Part shown: piece by piece, positions 13,432 through 26,020 of the stretch
Layout of the letters: each line of letters opens with the position of its first letter
Numbering within the stretch: position 1 is the first letter of the stretch
DNA from: Macrostomum lignano
Lineage: Eukaryota
DNA length: 64,000 nucleotides
Reading direction: 5' to 3'
NCBI GenBank assembly: GCA_002269645.1
Contig: NIVC01003811.1
Span: 1-64,000 of the forward strand
The notes under the pieces: model-generated
What the model saw: the letters and a program-made list of their open reading frames with translations, nothing else
Databases searched by the model: none
Told to the model about the DNA's origin: nothing
Program-made: the position numbers and the translations under genes

Positions 13432-13865
13432 ACTGGGCCTTCAATGGGTGCCACTACCCTCCCTGAGCATTCAATGGGTGCCACTACCCTCCCTGAGCCT
13501 TCAATGGGTGCCACTACCTTCCTTGAGCCTTCTATAAATGCCACTACCTTCCCTGTGCCTTCTATGAATGCTACTACCCTCCCTGAGCCTTCAATGGGTG
13601 CCACTATCCTCCCTGAGCCTTCAATGGGTGCCACTACTTTCCCTGAGCCTTCAATGGGTGCCACTACCCTCCATGAGCCTTCAACCAGTTCCACTACCTT
13701 CCCTGAGCCTTCAATGAATGCCACTACCTTCCCTGAGCCTTCAATGAATGCCACTACTTTCCCTGAGCCTTCAATGGGTGCCATTACCTTCCCTGAGCCT
13801 TCAATGGGTTCTATTACCATTCCTGAGCATTTAACAGGTGCCACTACTCTCCTTGAGCCTTTAGT
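13432..13865. repeat. Minisatellite, 30-bp unit CCTTCAATGGGTGCCACTACCCTCCCTGAG, upstream of MTMR14
   Basis: Directly visible. Confidence 0.95.
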
Positions 13866-14323
13866 AGTACTAGTTTGTGGGTGCCACCCACTATGCTTCC
13901 TAAGTTTGAAATAAGCTACCATGGATATTAACAAATATTCAATACATTGTCATTAAAATGATTTTTTTTTCTATTTATTAGTAACACTTTTCTCTTTGGA
14001 CTGCCCTGCAGCTAAGTAGTAACACTTTTCAGCCTGTCAAATTTCAATATCAATATTTGATAATAACTAAACTAATATTTAAAAAAGCTAACTAATATTT
14101 TAAAAAGCATTATTATTCTAAATTGTTGGCATTCAAAAGCAAAAGAAACTAAAAAGCTTAAAAAATCTAAGTCAAGACAAAATGATTGGGTTCTTATCAA
14201 GATCAAAACAATCATTTTGTTAGTACACTTTATAAGGCAATATGAAAAAATGGTTGCTAATTATTTATTAAGCTGCTATTGCATATTGCATTAGATTTTA
14301 AACTAGATTTTTTAATTTTTTGA

Positions 14324-14700
14324 TTAGGGCTTGAATAGGATCAAAATTTTTGGGCAGGATTGGGATTGGGATTCAATTTTTTGGAATTATTATTTGGATT
14401 TAGGAAATAATATTATAAGTATACAGATAAGAATTTAGTTATTTCTCATATTATAACATTTTAATAAAATGTTATAAACAAAATTGACAACAAACTACTT
14501 ATTTATATGACTACTATTATTTACTTTGACATATTTGGTATAAAAATATAAGCTCGTCTTCAATGAAAAAACTTGAAAAAATGTAATCCCCACAGACCCC
14601 TTACTCAATTTTGGGAGTCAGGATTATTATCATTGGGATGGGGATCCCAACTACCCCTTTGGCCCTTGGGATTGGGATCAGGATCCTATCTTACCCCTAG
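14324..14700. mobile_element. Possible degenerate MITE with TAGGG..CCCTA termini
   Basis: TTAGGGCTTGAATAGGATC at the left versus GATCCTATCTTACCCCTAG at the right are imperfect inverted repeats; GGGAT motifs inside; no TSD seen. Confidence 0.35.
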
Positions 14701-16299
14701 TTTTAATATTAAAAAAACTATATAATACCCTTTATTGCTCCAGTTTAAGCACTTAGTGAAAATTTATTATCCTAGTTTACAAAATTAAAGTTAGATTATA
14801 CTAATGATTTCATTGTTTTTAATTTAGTATTAATATTTTATTTTCGACTTTTGATAGTTTTTAAATGCTTTTTATGCATATTTAAAATGCTTATAGCCTT
14901 AACATATGCAAACTTCTAAATATTACTTGGCTATTGAGGTGGGGCGGAGAAAAGTGTGGCAGGCGGGATAGGGTATTGCTATTTTGTGGCCCGGCCCAGC
15001 CCGGGCCGGGCCGTGAATTTGTCAATTATCTTAATATTAGTTCATTTGTTGTTTCAAGTAAATGTTTTGAGCTTCTTTGCTATGTTGACTGTACTATGAC
15101 GACCAATTTATATTCATTTCAACAGTTTACAGGTCTTATTTTAGAAGCGATCTTACCTCTCCATCATGTGTGCGTATGAAAAAATTAAATAGTGTAAGGC
15201 CTACTACTACTACTTGACAGGCTTGCGCCAAGACAATCTATCTAAATCAATCATGAAATGGGAAGCTTTTCCTGTCTTGCAGTTTATCATTGCCATGTGT
15301 CATCTTTTCTTAGCAAGTTTCTACTTGCATAAATAATGGCAATTTCTCAGATGTGGCTCCTTATGAGGATGAAGACCACTGTGAAGACCAAAAATATAAA
15401 CTGGAAATTGGACTGTATATGTTATGTTCAGCAAGTTATTATATTTGTGCTATGCATGAATGTTTTAAAATTTCAGGAAAATATAGATCTAAAAGTTGGT
15501 AGGCCTAGCTTAGTTATATAGAAAACACTTGAACATTGTATTTAAATAATACCTACCAAGATGTTTTCATAGCATATATATATATATATAATTTAAAATG
15601 AGAACAAAAAATATTTCATTTGATTATCAAATTTGTATATTAAGTATACTAAATTAGTACCAACACAACAGTGAGACTTTTCTTTTTTAAAGGGTTCTGT
15701 TAAAATTCTTGACAACATGACTCTATTTTGGGAGACATGTGTCCCCTATGCCATAAGCCTCTGCTGTCTATGCATAAAATGTAAAATATAGGAACTATGG
15801 CATTCTTTCGTTTTACGATCACCTAGCACTGTCCCTATGGGAGTCGGGACTATGTGAGTGTGGTAGGCCGGTCTACTGTGGTAGTGCGTCTACCACTGAG
15901 TGAGATCGCTTAAACTGAAATTAATTTGTGCGTTGCCTTCATTCACCCCCCTTTTAATTCACCTGCATAATTTACCTTATTAATAATAATTTTGCTCCGT
16001 CTATGACAATTCCTCTACTTAAGGCTAATAATATTTTTTACGATAATTTGCTTAGTTTCGTGAAATTGCCACCGTTGTAATCTTGACGTCATGCCACCGT
16101 CTGCCCCAATCGCTGCCCCATCAAAAGTTTTGCCTCCGTTCTGTGCCCCAATCACTGCCCCAAGCGATGTAATTTCCCCTTTTAATAATGTTGTTTCTTA
16201 TAATTTTGCGTAGCTGCCAGCCAAGGAACTCCAGGATGGCAATTTGCTCTCCATCCACTGGGTCCGCGGGTGTCCCGCCCTCTGGCAAGAAGAATTTTT

Positions 16300-18030
16300 A
16301 TTTTATTTATACCGCGCTGTTTGGTGCCCGTATTTTCTCTTCTGCTGTTGTTTGTTTTGTTCCTTTTCGTCTTTGTCTTCTACTACTTCTTCGTTTCTCG
16401 CTCGTTTTCTTTGGTACTATAGTTTTACGTTAAGTTGTAATTAAATTTATCCCGCACCCGGCACGCCGGACCCATCAGTCGAGGAAGGCCGTCTCAGACT
16501 CTAATATTTAGCTATTGTTTGCTAGTTTAATAATAAACCGTCAATTTATAATTAATCGTTTGTTCATTAAACCCTTAGTTTTTATATTGAGTCATTTGCC
16601 CGTGGGGCGTAAAACAACCAAAAGTTCTCATCTCAAAGAAAGCTCTGAGAATTCAACGTTCCGTAATACGTAAATTACGGTGGTGGCAGCAACTACCCTA
16701 CTGATAGTACCAATTCGATTAAACGACACACGCTATTTTACGGTGTCAGAATATTCGGTGTCTACCATCGGAACGACCGTGCCGCTCAACGACCGCTCTG
16801 CTACGAATACGACTACCCTCCCCCCGGAATTGAGGACCCCGGCAGTCGGAGTAAAACAGGAGAAAAGATTTTCGTGGTGATTCGTCTGCGCGATTTCCGG
16901 ATTTAATTCGTGCGAACACGACGCCAACCGGTTTCGAAGAAACCCGGACAACCCATTTTTTTATTTTTTCAAATTTTATTTTCTTTCTCCGCCCCCACCT
17001 CACTACCACTGGGGTGAACGACGGCAGGCCTCCAGCGCGGACAACGGCGGGACGATCAGCTCAATTCCCTAGGATGACGGATTGACGTCATTTTTTTTCA
17101 ATTTTTGCTCCCCTGTTTGTTCCCCCGGTTGTCCCCGCCCTTGCTCCTTCGTTTGCTCCTTCTGTTGTTCCCTCCCGTGGCCTCTGTTGTTTTAGTGCTT
17201 CCAGTGGCCGGGTTTTTCCCTTTTCCTTCGTTGTCCCTTCCCTTGCCCCATCCTTTGTCCCACCCCTGGGTTTTTTCATGTTAATTTAATATTTATAAAG
17301 TTGATGTAAAAATCTTTTGGTTCGTCTTTCCTTTTGTTCCTCTCTCTCCCCCTCCCCTTCTTTTGTGTGTTTTGTTTTTTGCTCCTTAATATTTAGTTTG
17401 CGACTAAAACGCTAATAATTTAGCTCGCCCTCGGCACAGCCGAATCCGTCTCTCGAGGTGTTTCTTTTCTTTAACATTTGACGGCAGGAATAATAACTAA
17501 TAATAATAATTTCTCCAATAACAATAATATTTATTCAGTTGTTCCGATTCGAAGCCTTTAGTTTTCTATTGAGTCATTTGCCAGCGGGGCGTAAAATAAC
17601 CAATCAGTCTCAGTCTCAACTCAAAGAAAGCTCTGAGACCCTCAACGTTCCGTAAAACGACATTTACGGTGGTGGCAGCGCTACTTTACTACTGAGAGTA
17701 ACACAACTAGCAATCTCGACGAATTACGAGTTTACGGTGTCTGAGGACCCCTTCTGAACGACACGGGCCGCTACAAGACCACTCGACTACGATTACGACT
17801 ACCCTCCCCCCGGAATTGAGGACCCGGCAGACGGACTATCCAAGGAGAAGAGTCAGTGCATCAATTCGTGCATTTTCCGGCTTTACGAGTGCCGAGACAG
17901 CACAAGCGGCAATTCAAGTCTAAGACCGCGCGAAGATTTTCCGGTGTTCTGCTAACGACAGCGAAACCGACATCTAACCTATTTGAAAAGCACATTTTCT
18001 CTTAAATTTTCTTCTCCACCCCACCTCACG
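16300..18030 (+). repeat. Diverged ~990-bp direct repeat pair
   Basis: Shared blocks ATTGAGTCATTTGCC..GGGGCGTAAAA, CTCAAAGAAAGCTCTGAGA, TTACGGTGGTGGCAGC (TGG at 16681 and 17670), GACTACCCTCCCCCCGGAATTGAGGACCC, CCCCACCTCAC. Confidence 0.85.
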
Positions 18031-19988
18031 AGGGTTCCCCGACAGATATTTTCTCCTTCGAACGGATAATTCAAACAAAAAATGAATTTATGTTTCGGGA
18101 TGCATTACTTACCCTGACGCCGTATTCAGCTTTAAAATTTTGTAGACAAAAGTTTTGTCTTAAAGAAAAAAATATTGGTACGAATACAAAGTGTGTCAAA
18201 ACGAATTTTATCACACATTCCTTACAAAAAAATTCTCACGCCAAAGAACTTATGAAGTAACGGTAGCAATGAATTTTTTGTCAGTTTCTTGACGCATGCC
18301 TCAGCTTTGCAATGACACATGTCGGACTTTTGTATTTCCCGGGATATCTGCTTCCAAAGTGTGCTTTCCGTGAGTCATTCATCATCCGTACCAGGACCAA
18401 CCAAATCTTTGACTTATCGCTCCGTCTCTATGCTTCAATCATTTGCTCTGAAACTTCTATTACTTCTTGACTTCTTCTCAGCTTTGCAATGACACCTTAG
18501 AGTCGCCGGATTCTGGCTATTTCGATAGGAAGCTGTCGGACATTGAGAATGAGTGGCCATCGCAGGGCCCAGTAGGCGCCGTCATGTTCCAGTATATCAA
18601 GGTAAAGACTCCATCGACACTTATTTGAATAATTCAATTACTCGTAACATTCTCTTCATGAACCTAGCACTCTGTAGTAAGTTTTAAAAGATGTATTAGA
18701 TGTATTAAATAAATTTAATGATGTACTAAAAGATGTAACAGAAGCAAGACGAATTGGGTTGATAAAAACTAACATTGTGTGTAAAGTGTACGCTGCATTA
18801 CTTCCTACCTTTTCGTTATTTCAGAAAAAGGCGGCGGACACATTAAAGCAGAAAGCCACCCGATTTCGCCTTTCTGAAGCCGGCCTAAATTCTGCATGGC
18901 AACAACGCCAGGAACGACTCAATCGCGATTTGAAAGCGTTTCGTGTTCGTGAGCACCAGAGACTTGTCACAGACGCACTGTCAGAGTTTAAATCGCGTAT
19001 CAAATTAGAGTTTGCTGCTGACGAATCCGCACTTCACGGCTCTGGGGATTACAATTTGCAGCGAGGATGGACCTAACATCTTGTTGCTAACGAAGACTGA
19101 AATCAGCTCTCTGCTGACGAACAGAGTCTTCATCTAAAACATTTTTTGGCATCGCGAAGTAAGTTATAAGTAGTACACGAACGTGTTTAACTTCTGAAAA
19201 TATACTCTTTTCTTCTTTAATACGCCTGTTTCATTTGAATGGGCCCCATATTAGCAAAAGTAAAGATTGTATGTGGCCGGGCAAAACAGTCGATGGAATA
19301 ATCAAAGTCTTGTCAAGTCTATACCCTTAGCAGCTTTGGGCACAGATTCTATATTAATATAGGCGGATACAGATTCTATAGGCTTTGGGAGTTGTGTCAC
19401 CTTAATTATTATTCCTTTCAGTTTTGGGAACTAAGGACAACTTAAAATTTTTAAGCAATTAGCATTGGTTAAACTGGTTAAATGGGCAGTGTCCTGACAA
19501 TAAAAGAATATTTGCTCATGTCCGTAAAACTGTCGCGAAGTCTATTTAGGATATTTTTTCTTTTCATGCAGGTACGGCCACTCACATTGACCTTCGGCCA
19601 GGTGCCGGTGACACACGTGGAAACAAAAATCCTTCTCGTCTGCGCAGGCCGCCAAGGAAGGCTCCAATGGAAACGCCTTTTCCGTCAGAAATGGCAAATT
19701 CAGAAGAGTGTCGGCCTTGGGAAAATGATCATCCGCTTTTTGTAGCCTTCACATCGGCTGAATGCCAGGGGCAAGTGTGTCCCGGGTGCAGCTGCTCCAT
19801 TGTAACCAAGTCTGCCTTACTGCAGCATCGGTTTGTAGTGGGGCATATGGAACATCATATGACCCCCCAGAGTGCATCCACAGGAGTCGCAACTTCCTGG
19901 AAAGCAACCTCACAGCTGCGCAAAACTTTTTATCATCTGCGAGCGTACTGCCTAGAATCGCGATTCGGTCACGGTTTTTTCGTCTCTA

Positions 19989-22203
19989 TGATGTAACCAC
20001 GCTCTGGTCGCGGGATAGGGCATGGGAACTTTTTCGAAAGTGCCTCCTATCCCGTGCACCCTCTGCACAGAGCTGTCGGGACTCGGCCAGGTCTCCGACC
20101 GGGCCTGGAGACTCCCGCTCTGCTGCACCCCTCCTGCTGCCTTGGTCCCGTCTCTCCTGCCGCCACACCTGCCTTTCCGGAGCCCCTACCCCTTTCTGTA
20201 CCTCCCCCTCTACCCTATCTCTTCTGTTCCCGCCCTATTCTTCCTGTACTTTCTCTACCTCCTCCCTTTTTTTTTCTCCCTCTGCACTCTTTTCCTGCGC
20301 TGTCCCCTCTTTCCCTGTGTCTACTTACAGTACTTTGTGTGCTCACCGTCTCCCCATCCCCTCTCAAACTCCCAAACGGTGACGCAAGTCGTGTGACCCC
20401 TTCTCCCCTCGGTGACTCATCGATGACTCATCCCCCTCTCTTGCGCAACCTTTTCTCACGCTATTGTTCTCCTTCCCAAATTTCTCATGTGACACCCACC
20501 CCACCTCCGCTTCTATTGTTCTCGTTTTTGCTTCTTTTGTTCTCTCGACCCCCACCAATTATCACATTTTCTCCGATTTTCTCTTTCTTTTGTTCTCGTT
20601 TTCGCACCTAATTATCACCTTTTCTCCAATGTTTACTTTTCCATTGTTCTCAGTTTTCCCCAATTATCCCCGATTTCCAATTCCTTTGTTCTCGACCCCA
20701 GCCCTATTGTTCTCAATGTTTGCTTGCGCAACACTTTCGCGACCACCCGCTGCGCCAATTATCCCCCACCCCACCTCCGGATTGCGCAATTTCCCGATTT
20801 CTCATGTTGCTATGCCGGTCTCATGCTTCTCATCATGACTCATTCTGACGTCATTCTGCCGGCAGCCAATCAGAGAGAGGGAGCCATGGTAACGACCTTG
20901 AGGAGGCGGCTGTGAGGTCTATAAAAGGAAGCGATTTCGGCATGAGAATACTCAACTGAGTTTATCTCTGTTCCTCTCCTCGTCCTTCTTTGGACTTGCT
21001 GTCAGATTGAGTTCTGACCCATTCGTCTATAAGACGAATCCCTGCCGGCCCGCGGTCTGTTACCGCCAAGTTATCCTTAGCTCCCCAAGTGAGCTCGCCT
21101 ATCGGCCAGCGGTCTGATACCGCCCAGCATCATCAGCATCGCCTGATCTACATCAGCGCCTCGTCGCTCCAGCGCATCGCCGCTTCACCGTCTGCCTGAC
21201 TGCAGCCTACAGCCGCCCTCGGTCACTCCGCCTCTCTCTCTCTCTGTGCAGCTGCCGGTAAGTTCCTGCTACTAATTTGTGCTCTAATTGCCTTTGCTTA
21301 TCCGGGGTTTGCCTATTTTCCATTGTCTGATTAGAGAGCTGAGCCAATTGTGATACCGTATCTTTTGCTGTATTTTACTCAATAGTGAAGCCGCCTAATT
21401 GCCTGCTTATTTGCCTAAGGGCCTAATTATTAACTATTAACTAACTTCATCATTATTCAATCTTTCACCATCATTTCACTCATGGCTTGCTAAGCCTTTC
21501 TCCCGGGGTGGCAAAGCATAAGGAAGTTTGGGTAAGCTAATGGCCTCTCCCCGTGCAAAGCCCGCCTGTGAGTGCGTGCTGCGGGGCCGCGTGTGCGTGC
21601 AGTAGAGGGATTAGCGAGTCTTGGCACAGAATGGCAGTAGGAAGGTTGCAACCCCATGCTAACGCGTCCCTTCGCCCTGAGCAATCTAAACTGTAGACAG
21701 TACATGTTCGCCTCATACTACTCTTAGTAATCAAAGTCGCAAGTCAGCCTCGCTCACAGCCACAAAGGATCCCCTGCTGAGAAATCCTCCAGGATTGAGC
21801 CCAGAGTTCCCGATCATGCCCAAGCAGAGTCCCTGTACTCGGCTGCATGCGTCTCCCCTGTTAGCCTAAATCCCCTGGTAACCAATCCAGGCGGGGCTCT
21901 AGCCTCGAGAGGTCTGGTAGAAAGATCCAGGTGCGCCAGGTCACATAGAGTGGTGGCAGCCACTCGGTCATACCATGACCGAGTGACCAACTATTGCACC
22001 TTGGCTACAGGTGGGGTCCATGTGGGTCCTTGGCCCTCTGGTCACGAAGCGCTACCAAAGCTACTAATCATGTGGGCGGGACAGTCTGGTGCTGGAGGTC
22101 CGTCAGGTCATTGCCCGGTCATAGGCAGCCTACGGTCATTGCCCCCTCTAGCCATGCGTTCGTCTCTCTACGGAGCGGACAGGCGACAAGGGCGGTTACA
22201 TCA
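19989..22203 (+). repeat. 5' LTR of element 1 (2215 bp)
   Basis: Termini TGATGTAACC...GGTTACATCA (10-bp perfect inverted ends); near-identical to 30924-33138. Confidence 0.95.
20836..20926 (+). promoter_or_regulatory. LTR Pol II promoter: TGACTCA, TGACGTCA, CAGCCAATCAGAG (20863), TATAAAA (20920)
   Basis: Canonical AP-1, CRE, CCAAT and TATA motifs in conventional order. Confidence 0.65.
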
Positions 22204-22206
22204 AAA

Positions 22207-22224
22207 TGGTGGCAGCGGTGGGAT
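22207..22224 (+). other. Primer binding site, tRNA-Leu
   Basis: TGGTGGCAGCGGTGGGAT, 3 nt after the LTR, is complementary to the 3' 18 nt of eukaryotic tRNA-Leu (..AUCCCACCGCUGCCACCA). Confidence 0.9.
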
Positions 22225-24574
22225 CTGGTGCAAACAGCGCTGAGTTTCGGACTGGTGGTTTAGATGTGACAAGCGCACCTGTGGCATCCCTCAGAATGGT
22301 GGCCGAAGCGCAAAGAGTGCCATGTCTAAATCTACCAATCGTAAAAATCGCCAATCGTCATTCTCTTTCCCATGGCGTGAGGCAACAAAATCCAAAAATA
22401 TTAATGTAACTTTTCAAATTTTTCGGGCTGCGAATTCGTTCAATTCATTCGAAATTTCCAAATTCATTCATTCGCCAAAGCCCCTGATTCAATTTAAAAT
22501 TAATTTAGCCGATCAGTTTCAGCGCTAGAAAGTGTGAAGTGGTAGACGAGCGGATTTGATTACAATCAGAATAGCTACCTGGTAACGGAGTGTGTGAAGA
22601 ACTGCGAAAGTGAATTTTCCGGACTCACTTTCTATTTCATGGTAATATGCTTTATTTCCCCTCCCTTTCTTTCTCTCGCCTAGCCTACAGCAGAACTGTG
22701 TGAGTGTTGAGGTGGACAGCCAGCCAGGTACGGAAGCCTCATCACGCAAGCACAGGGAAGCTGGAAGCGAAGCATTTCTTTCCTTTGTCCTACCTCTTTC
22801 TTTTACTCGGGGGAGTGTAACAGTCGCTCTCCCTGATCGCTCAGTTAATCCTAGAAATGCGTAGAGACCGGAGCGTGTTTTGTTTGTCCATTAGAATGAA
22901 CAGCTATCAAGGGCTATGGGGAACTCGCTATATATGCATAGTAAGGGAAGCAGTAGTCATGGCCTTGGAAACATTGGGGGATACCAAAGTCTCGCAGGAA
23001 TGGGAATAGCGGTGTGATTGTATCTCTGTAGGGTATCAGTGTGACTCAAAAATCTCGGGCTAAAAAAAGTGTCACCTCCTATGGAATACCTGCGATCAGC
23101 CCGGACCTGAATTCTGCGGTAACCCCTGGTGCCTTCATGGCTGGGATTCGATCCCAACGTGTCTGCTGACTCTCCCCACTGTATTGCAGACCCGGTAGTA
23201 ACTGCTTTGGTTGCATTTGGGCTGGTGCAGTGGCTGGAAATAGTAGATCCCATAGTATCCTATTGATAGTGGAGTTCAGTGAGTATTGGAATGGTGTACT
23301 GGAAGTCTGGTGGCCCCCAGTGATCTCGTAATGTTTCCTGCTGCATTCTCCTCCTTTAGTAATTCCTCCCCCCTGCTGTCAGTCTGATAGGGGAGGTGGG
23401 TGTGCCAATCAGCCCGACCCGGTAGAACGGCGCTCCTGCCCGACTTGTCAGCCTGGCCCAGGAAGGCGCTATTGCGCAACTCTTTTCCCCTCTGGCCACT
23501 GCAGCCCACTAAGCGCTTAGACGCAGGGTTGCATGCAGTCCCCTAATGTAAAGCCCCGGTACATAGAGTGCCACCCCAGTGCCCCGCAAGGTCAATAAGA
23601 CGGGTTGACGTCTCTGGCAACTTGGAATAACCTAGATGGAGGTACCGCTGTCTCCTGGTAGAACCGGGCGTTCAAGTACAGTAAAGTGGAGAGGCTGACA
23701 ACTGTAGGACTTTCTCCGCCATCAGATAAAGGTCCCAAGTATGCTATTTCGAGCTGCAGCAAAGGTGGAGTATCGGAGGGGCAAGCATTTCAGGAAGATA
23801 CTCACTTAGGTCTGTTTATCCTAGGAAAGCGGGCGAGAGTTTCAGGCTTGTAATCCGCCTAACCTGAAAACTTCGGGGACAGTTTAGTCTGGACTCCCGC
23901 TGCGCGCCTTCGCTCTGAACAGAAGGGGGAGGTCTTGGTTTTTGTGGATTCTGCTAGACGTAGGGGAGCTGGATTCCCGCCTTTTGTGAAGCTGCGTGTA
24001 CAAGATTGGTAGTCCTGAGGTGGAAGCCCCACTGGACTCCGACGGTTTTCCGGCTGTGCAAGGGCAGTAAAGTGGGAGGACCTCCATGGGGATTGCTCCC
24101 GCCACTTGGGTTTTTGGGTCCAGGCGCCAACGCTTCTTCGTAGTAGCTTTCTTAAGGAAATGGGGCCCGGCGCGCAACCCTAGGGGAGAATTTGTACAGG
24201 TGCCGTAAGTCCGTTTACGGTCGGCATTTGGGTTCCCTAGCATGGCCGCAAAATGAAGGTCAAGTCTCTCTGAATAGCCAATTTTTCCCTGTCAGGATGT
24301 GCCATAGACAACTGGTAGTGGTAGCCGCAGTTTGAGTCAGTGTGCTTTGCCGAGTGAAGCCGTTAGGACTGCCTAAATGGAATTATGTGGAGCCACCCGT
24401 TTTTCAATTTGTTTTCTTCGACGCCGCAAGTATGTGGGTTTTGTCTGTGTTTGTGTGTGTGTGAGTGTGTTTGTGTGTTTCGGATCAACTTTTCGGTCTT
24501 TACCTGTAGTTGCCCCGGTTTTCTTTTCTTTTCCTTCCCGGTGGTGGGTACTCCCCCAGCTATCCGGCATTCAC

Positions 24575-26020
24575 ATGTCACGGGCGCGTGGAGATAGGGT
24601 CGTAGAAGCTGTGTGCGCAGACGCCCCTGGTCAACCACCCTCGGCCGCTGACACCCCAGCAGTTGCCGCCCCCGCAGCCGCAATGGCCGCAGCCGCTGGT
24701 AACCAGGTCCCTCAGCCTCCAGAAGCAGTAGTAGTTGAGGAACCAGATGAAGGAGTAGCAGCTCCCGCTCCCAATCAGGGTGGCGCAGCAGCCGCCGCTG
24801 CTCCCCCGGACGCAGCCCAGAATCCTCCTCAGGCAGTCCCGCAGCTAGGAGACTTAGTTGCCGCTATAGCCAATGCGTTTAACCAGCTAAACATGGGCCA
24901 AGACGCCCAGAGGCCGAAAATCTACGTAGAAAAGTTCTCTCCCGGCGAACACTGTTTTGTGCAATGGGTAGAGAGAATGATCTACAAGCTGGACGCGGAG
25001 AGAACTGTAGGAGATCAGGCTAGGAAGCAGGTGCTCATCTCGCACCTCCCAGGTGAATTTCAGAACTTAGCCTTAGGATTGGACGGGCAATTGCCCTTTG
25101 AGCAGTTCGTATCTAGATTAGGAGAGCAGTTGGGCGAGGCCAACACTGATCTGGCTAAGAGAAATAAGCTGAAGAATCTGAGCCAGAAACCCGGCCAATC
25201 ACATAGTGCTTTTGCTGCTATGATAAGATCTCAGATAACGGCCATGTTTCCTCAGATTCAGGGTGAGCAGAGAGAACAAGAAATCGTGTACACCTACTTG
25301 GAACACGCTAAGCTCCCCCGCCAGGTCAGACAAGATCTGTTGAGCCGTCGCTGGCAGACAATTGAGCAGGTGTTAGAACAGCAGCAAGCCCTGTTAGAAG
25401 CCGCAGACTTAGCCGGGAAATGGGACAGTAGTGGCCCGCCCAGGTCTGAGTCCCGCACCGAAGTCCGTCTGCAACCTCAGCAGCCACCCAGGCCCCCTCG
25501 CAAGTGGGTCAGGATGGTGAACCAGGAAGCTGACGAGACGGAGGAGGACGGTGACGGCCTATCAGAGATGCAAGAGAGGTTGGGCGCGCTAGAGCAAACG
25601 CAAAAGGATCTGCGCAACCAGCTGGTGCAGCTCAATGAAACTATGAAGGCGACAGCAGAGTCTGTTGCCCAGCTGCCCCAGCAGATGAGGCCCCCTCGCC
25701 CCGCCACTCCCAACAGGAACTGGAGGCAGGGGCAGGGCGGCTCTAATAGCAGTAGGAACTGGCGCCAACCCCAGCCCCCGCCGCTTGCAATTCAGGAGGC
25801 GCCCACGCCGCCGGCGCCGGGTGTGCAGCAGCAGCAATTGCAGCTTCGTGCGCCACCTGATCGCCATAGGCAAGATTTAGAGGAGTGGGGCAGAGATATG
25901 TTAGACGAGGCTACCAGGGAGAGGCAGGAGAGGCTCGCCCAGCTGCGCGCGCAAGCTCTGATGCCTCCTCCTTCCACGCCTGAAGAGCCCCCGGGTTCGG
26001 GAAACCCGTGGGAGGGCTGA
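24575..26020 (+). CDS. gag: Gag (capsid-like core, no CCHC knuckle) of element 1
   Basis: First ATG after a pyrimidine tract/CAG, in the frame of ORF 24377..26020; Ala/Pro-rich N-terminus; core EKFSPG..FVQWVERM..FEQFVSRL..LKNLSQKPGQSHSAFAAMI (MHR-like). Confidence 0.85.
   Translation: MSRARGDRVVEAVCADAPGQPPSAADTPAVAAPAAAMAAAAGNQVPQPPEAVVVEEPDEGVAAPAPNQGGAAAAAAPPDAAQNPPQAVPQLGDLVAAIANAFNQLNMGQDAQRPKIYVEKFSPGEHCFVQWVERMIYKLDAERTVGDQARKQVLISHLPGEFQNLALGLDGQLPFEQFVSRLGEQLGEANTDLAKRNKLKNLSQKPGQSHSAFAAMIRSQITAMFPQIQGEQREQEIVYTYLEHAKLPRQVRQDLLSRRWQTIEQVLEQQQALLEAADLAGKWDSSGPPRSESRTEVRLQPQQPPRPPRKWVRMVNQEADETEEDGDGLSEMQERLGALEQTQKDLRNQLVQLNETMKATAESVAQLPQQMRPPRPATPNRNWRQGQGGSNSSRNWRQPQPPPLAIQEAPTPPAPGVQQQQLQLRAPPDRHRQDLEEWGRDMLDEATRERQERLAQLRAQALMPPPSTPEEPPGSGNPWEG

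Noticed and set aside
13410-13934. Mucin-like ORF (MGATTLPEPS)n and its antisense
   Set aside because: 30-bp minisatellite open on both strands; no splice link to MTMR14 evident
19986-22263. Many short ORFs in the LTR (duplicated at 30903-33183)
   Set aside because: Low-complexity or overlapping on both strands with no motifs; duplicated only because the LTR is
22525-24243. Short minus-strand ORFs in the element-1 leader, considered as decayed RT or env
   Set aside because: No RT, RNase H, integrase or env motifs found in the frames I translated
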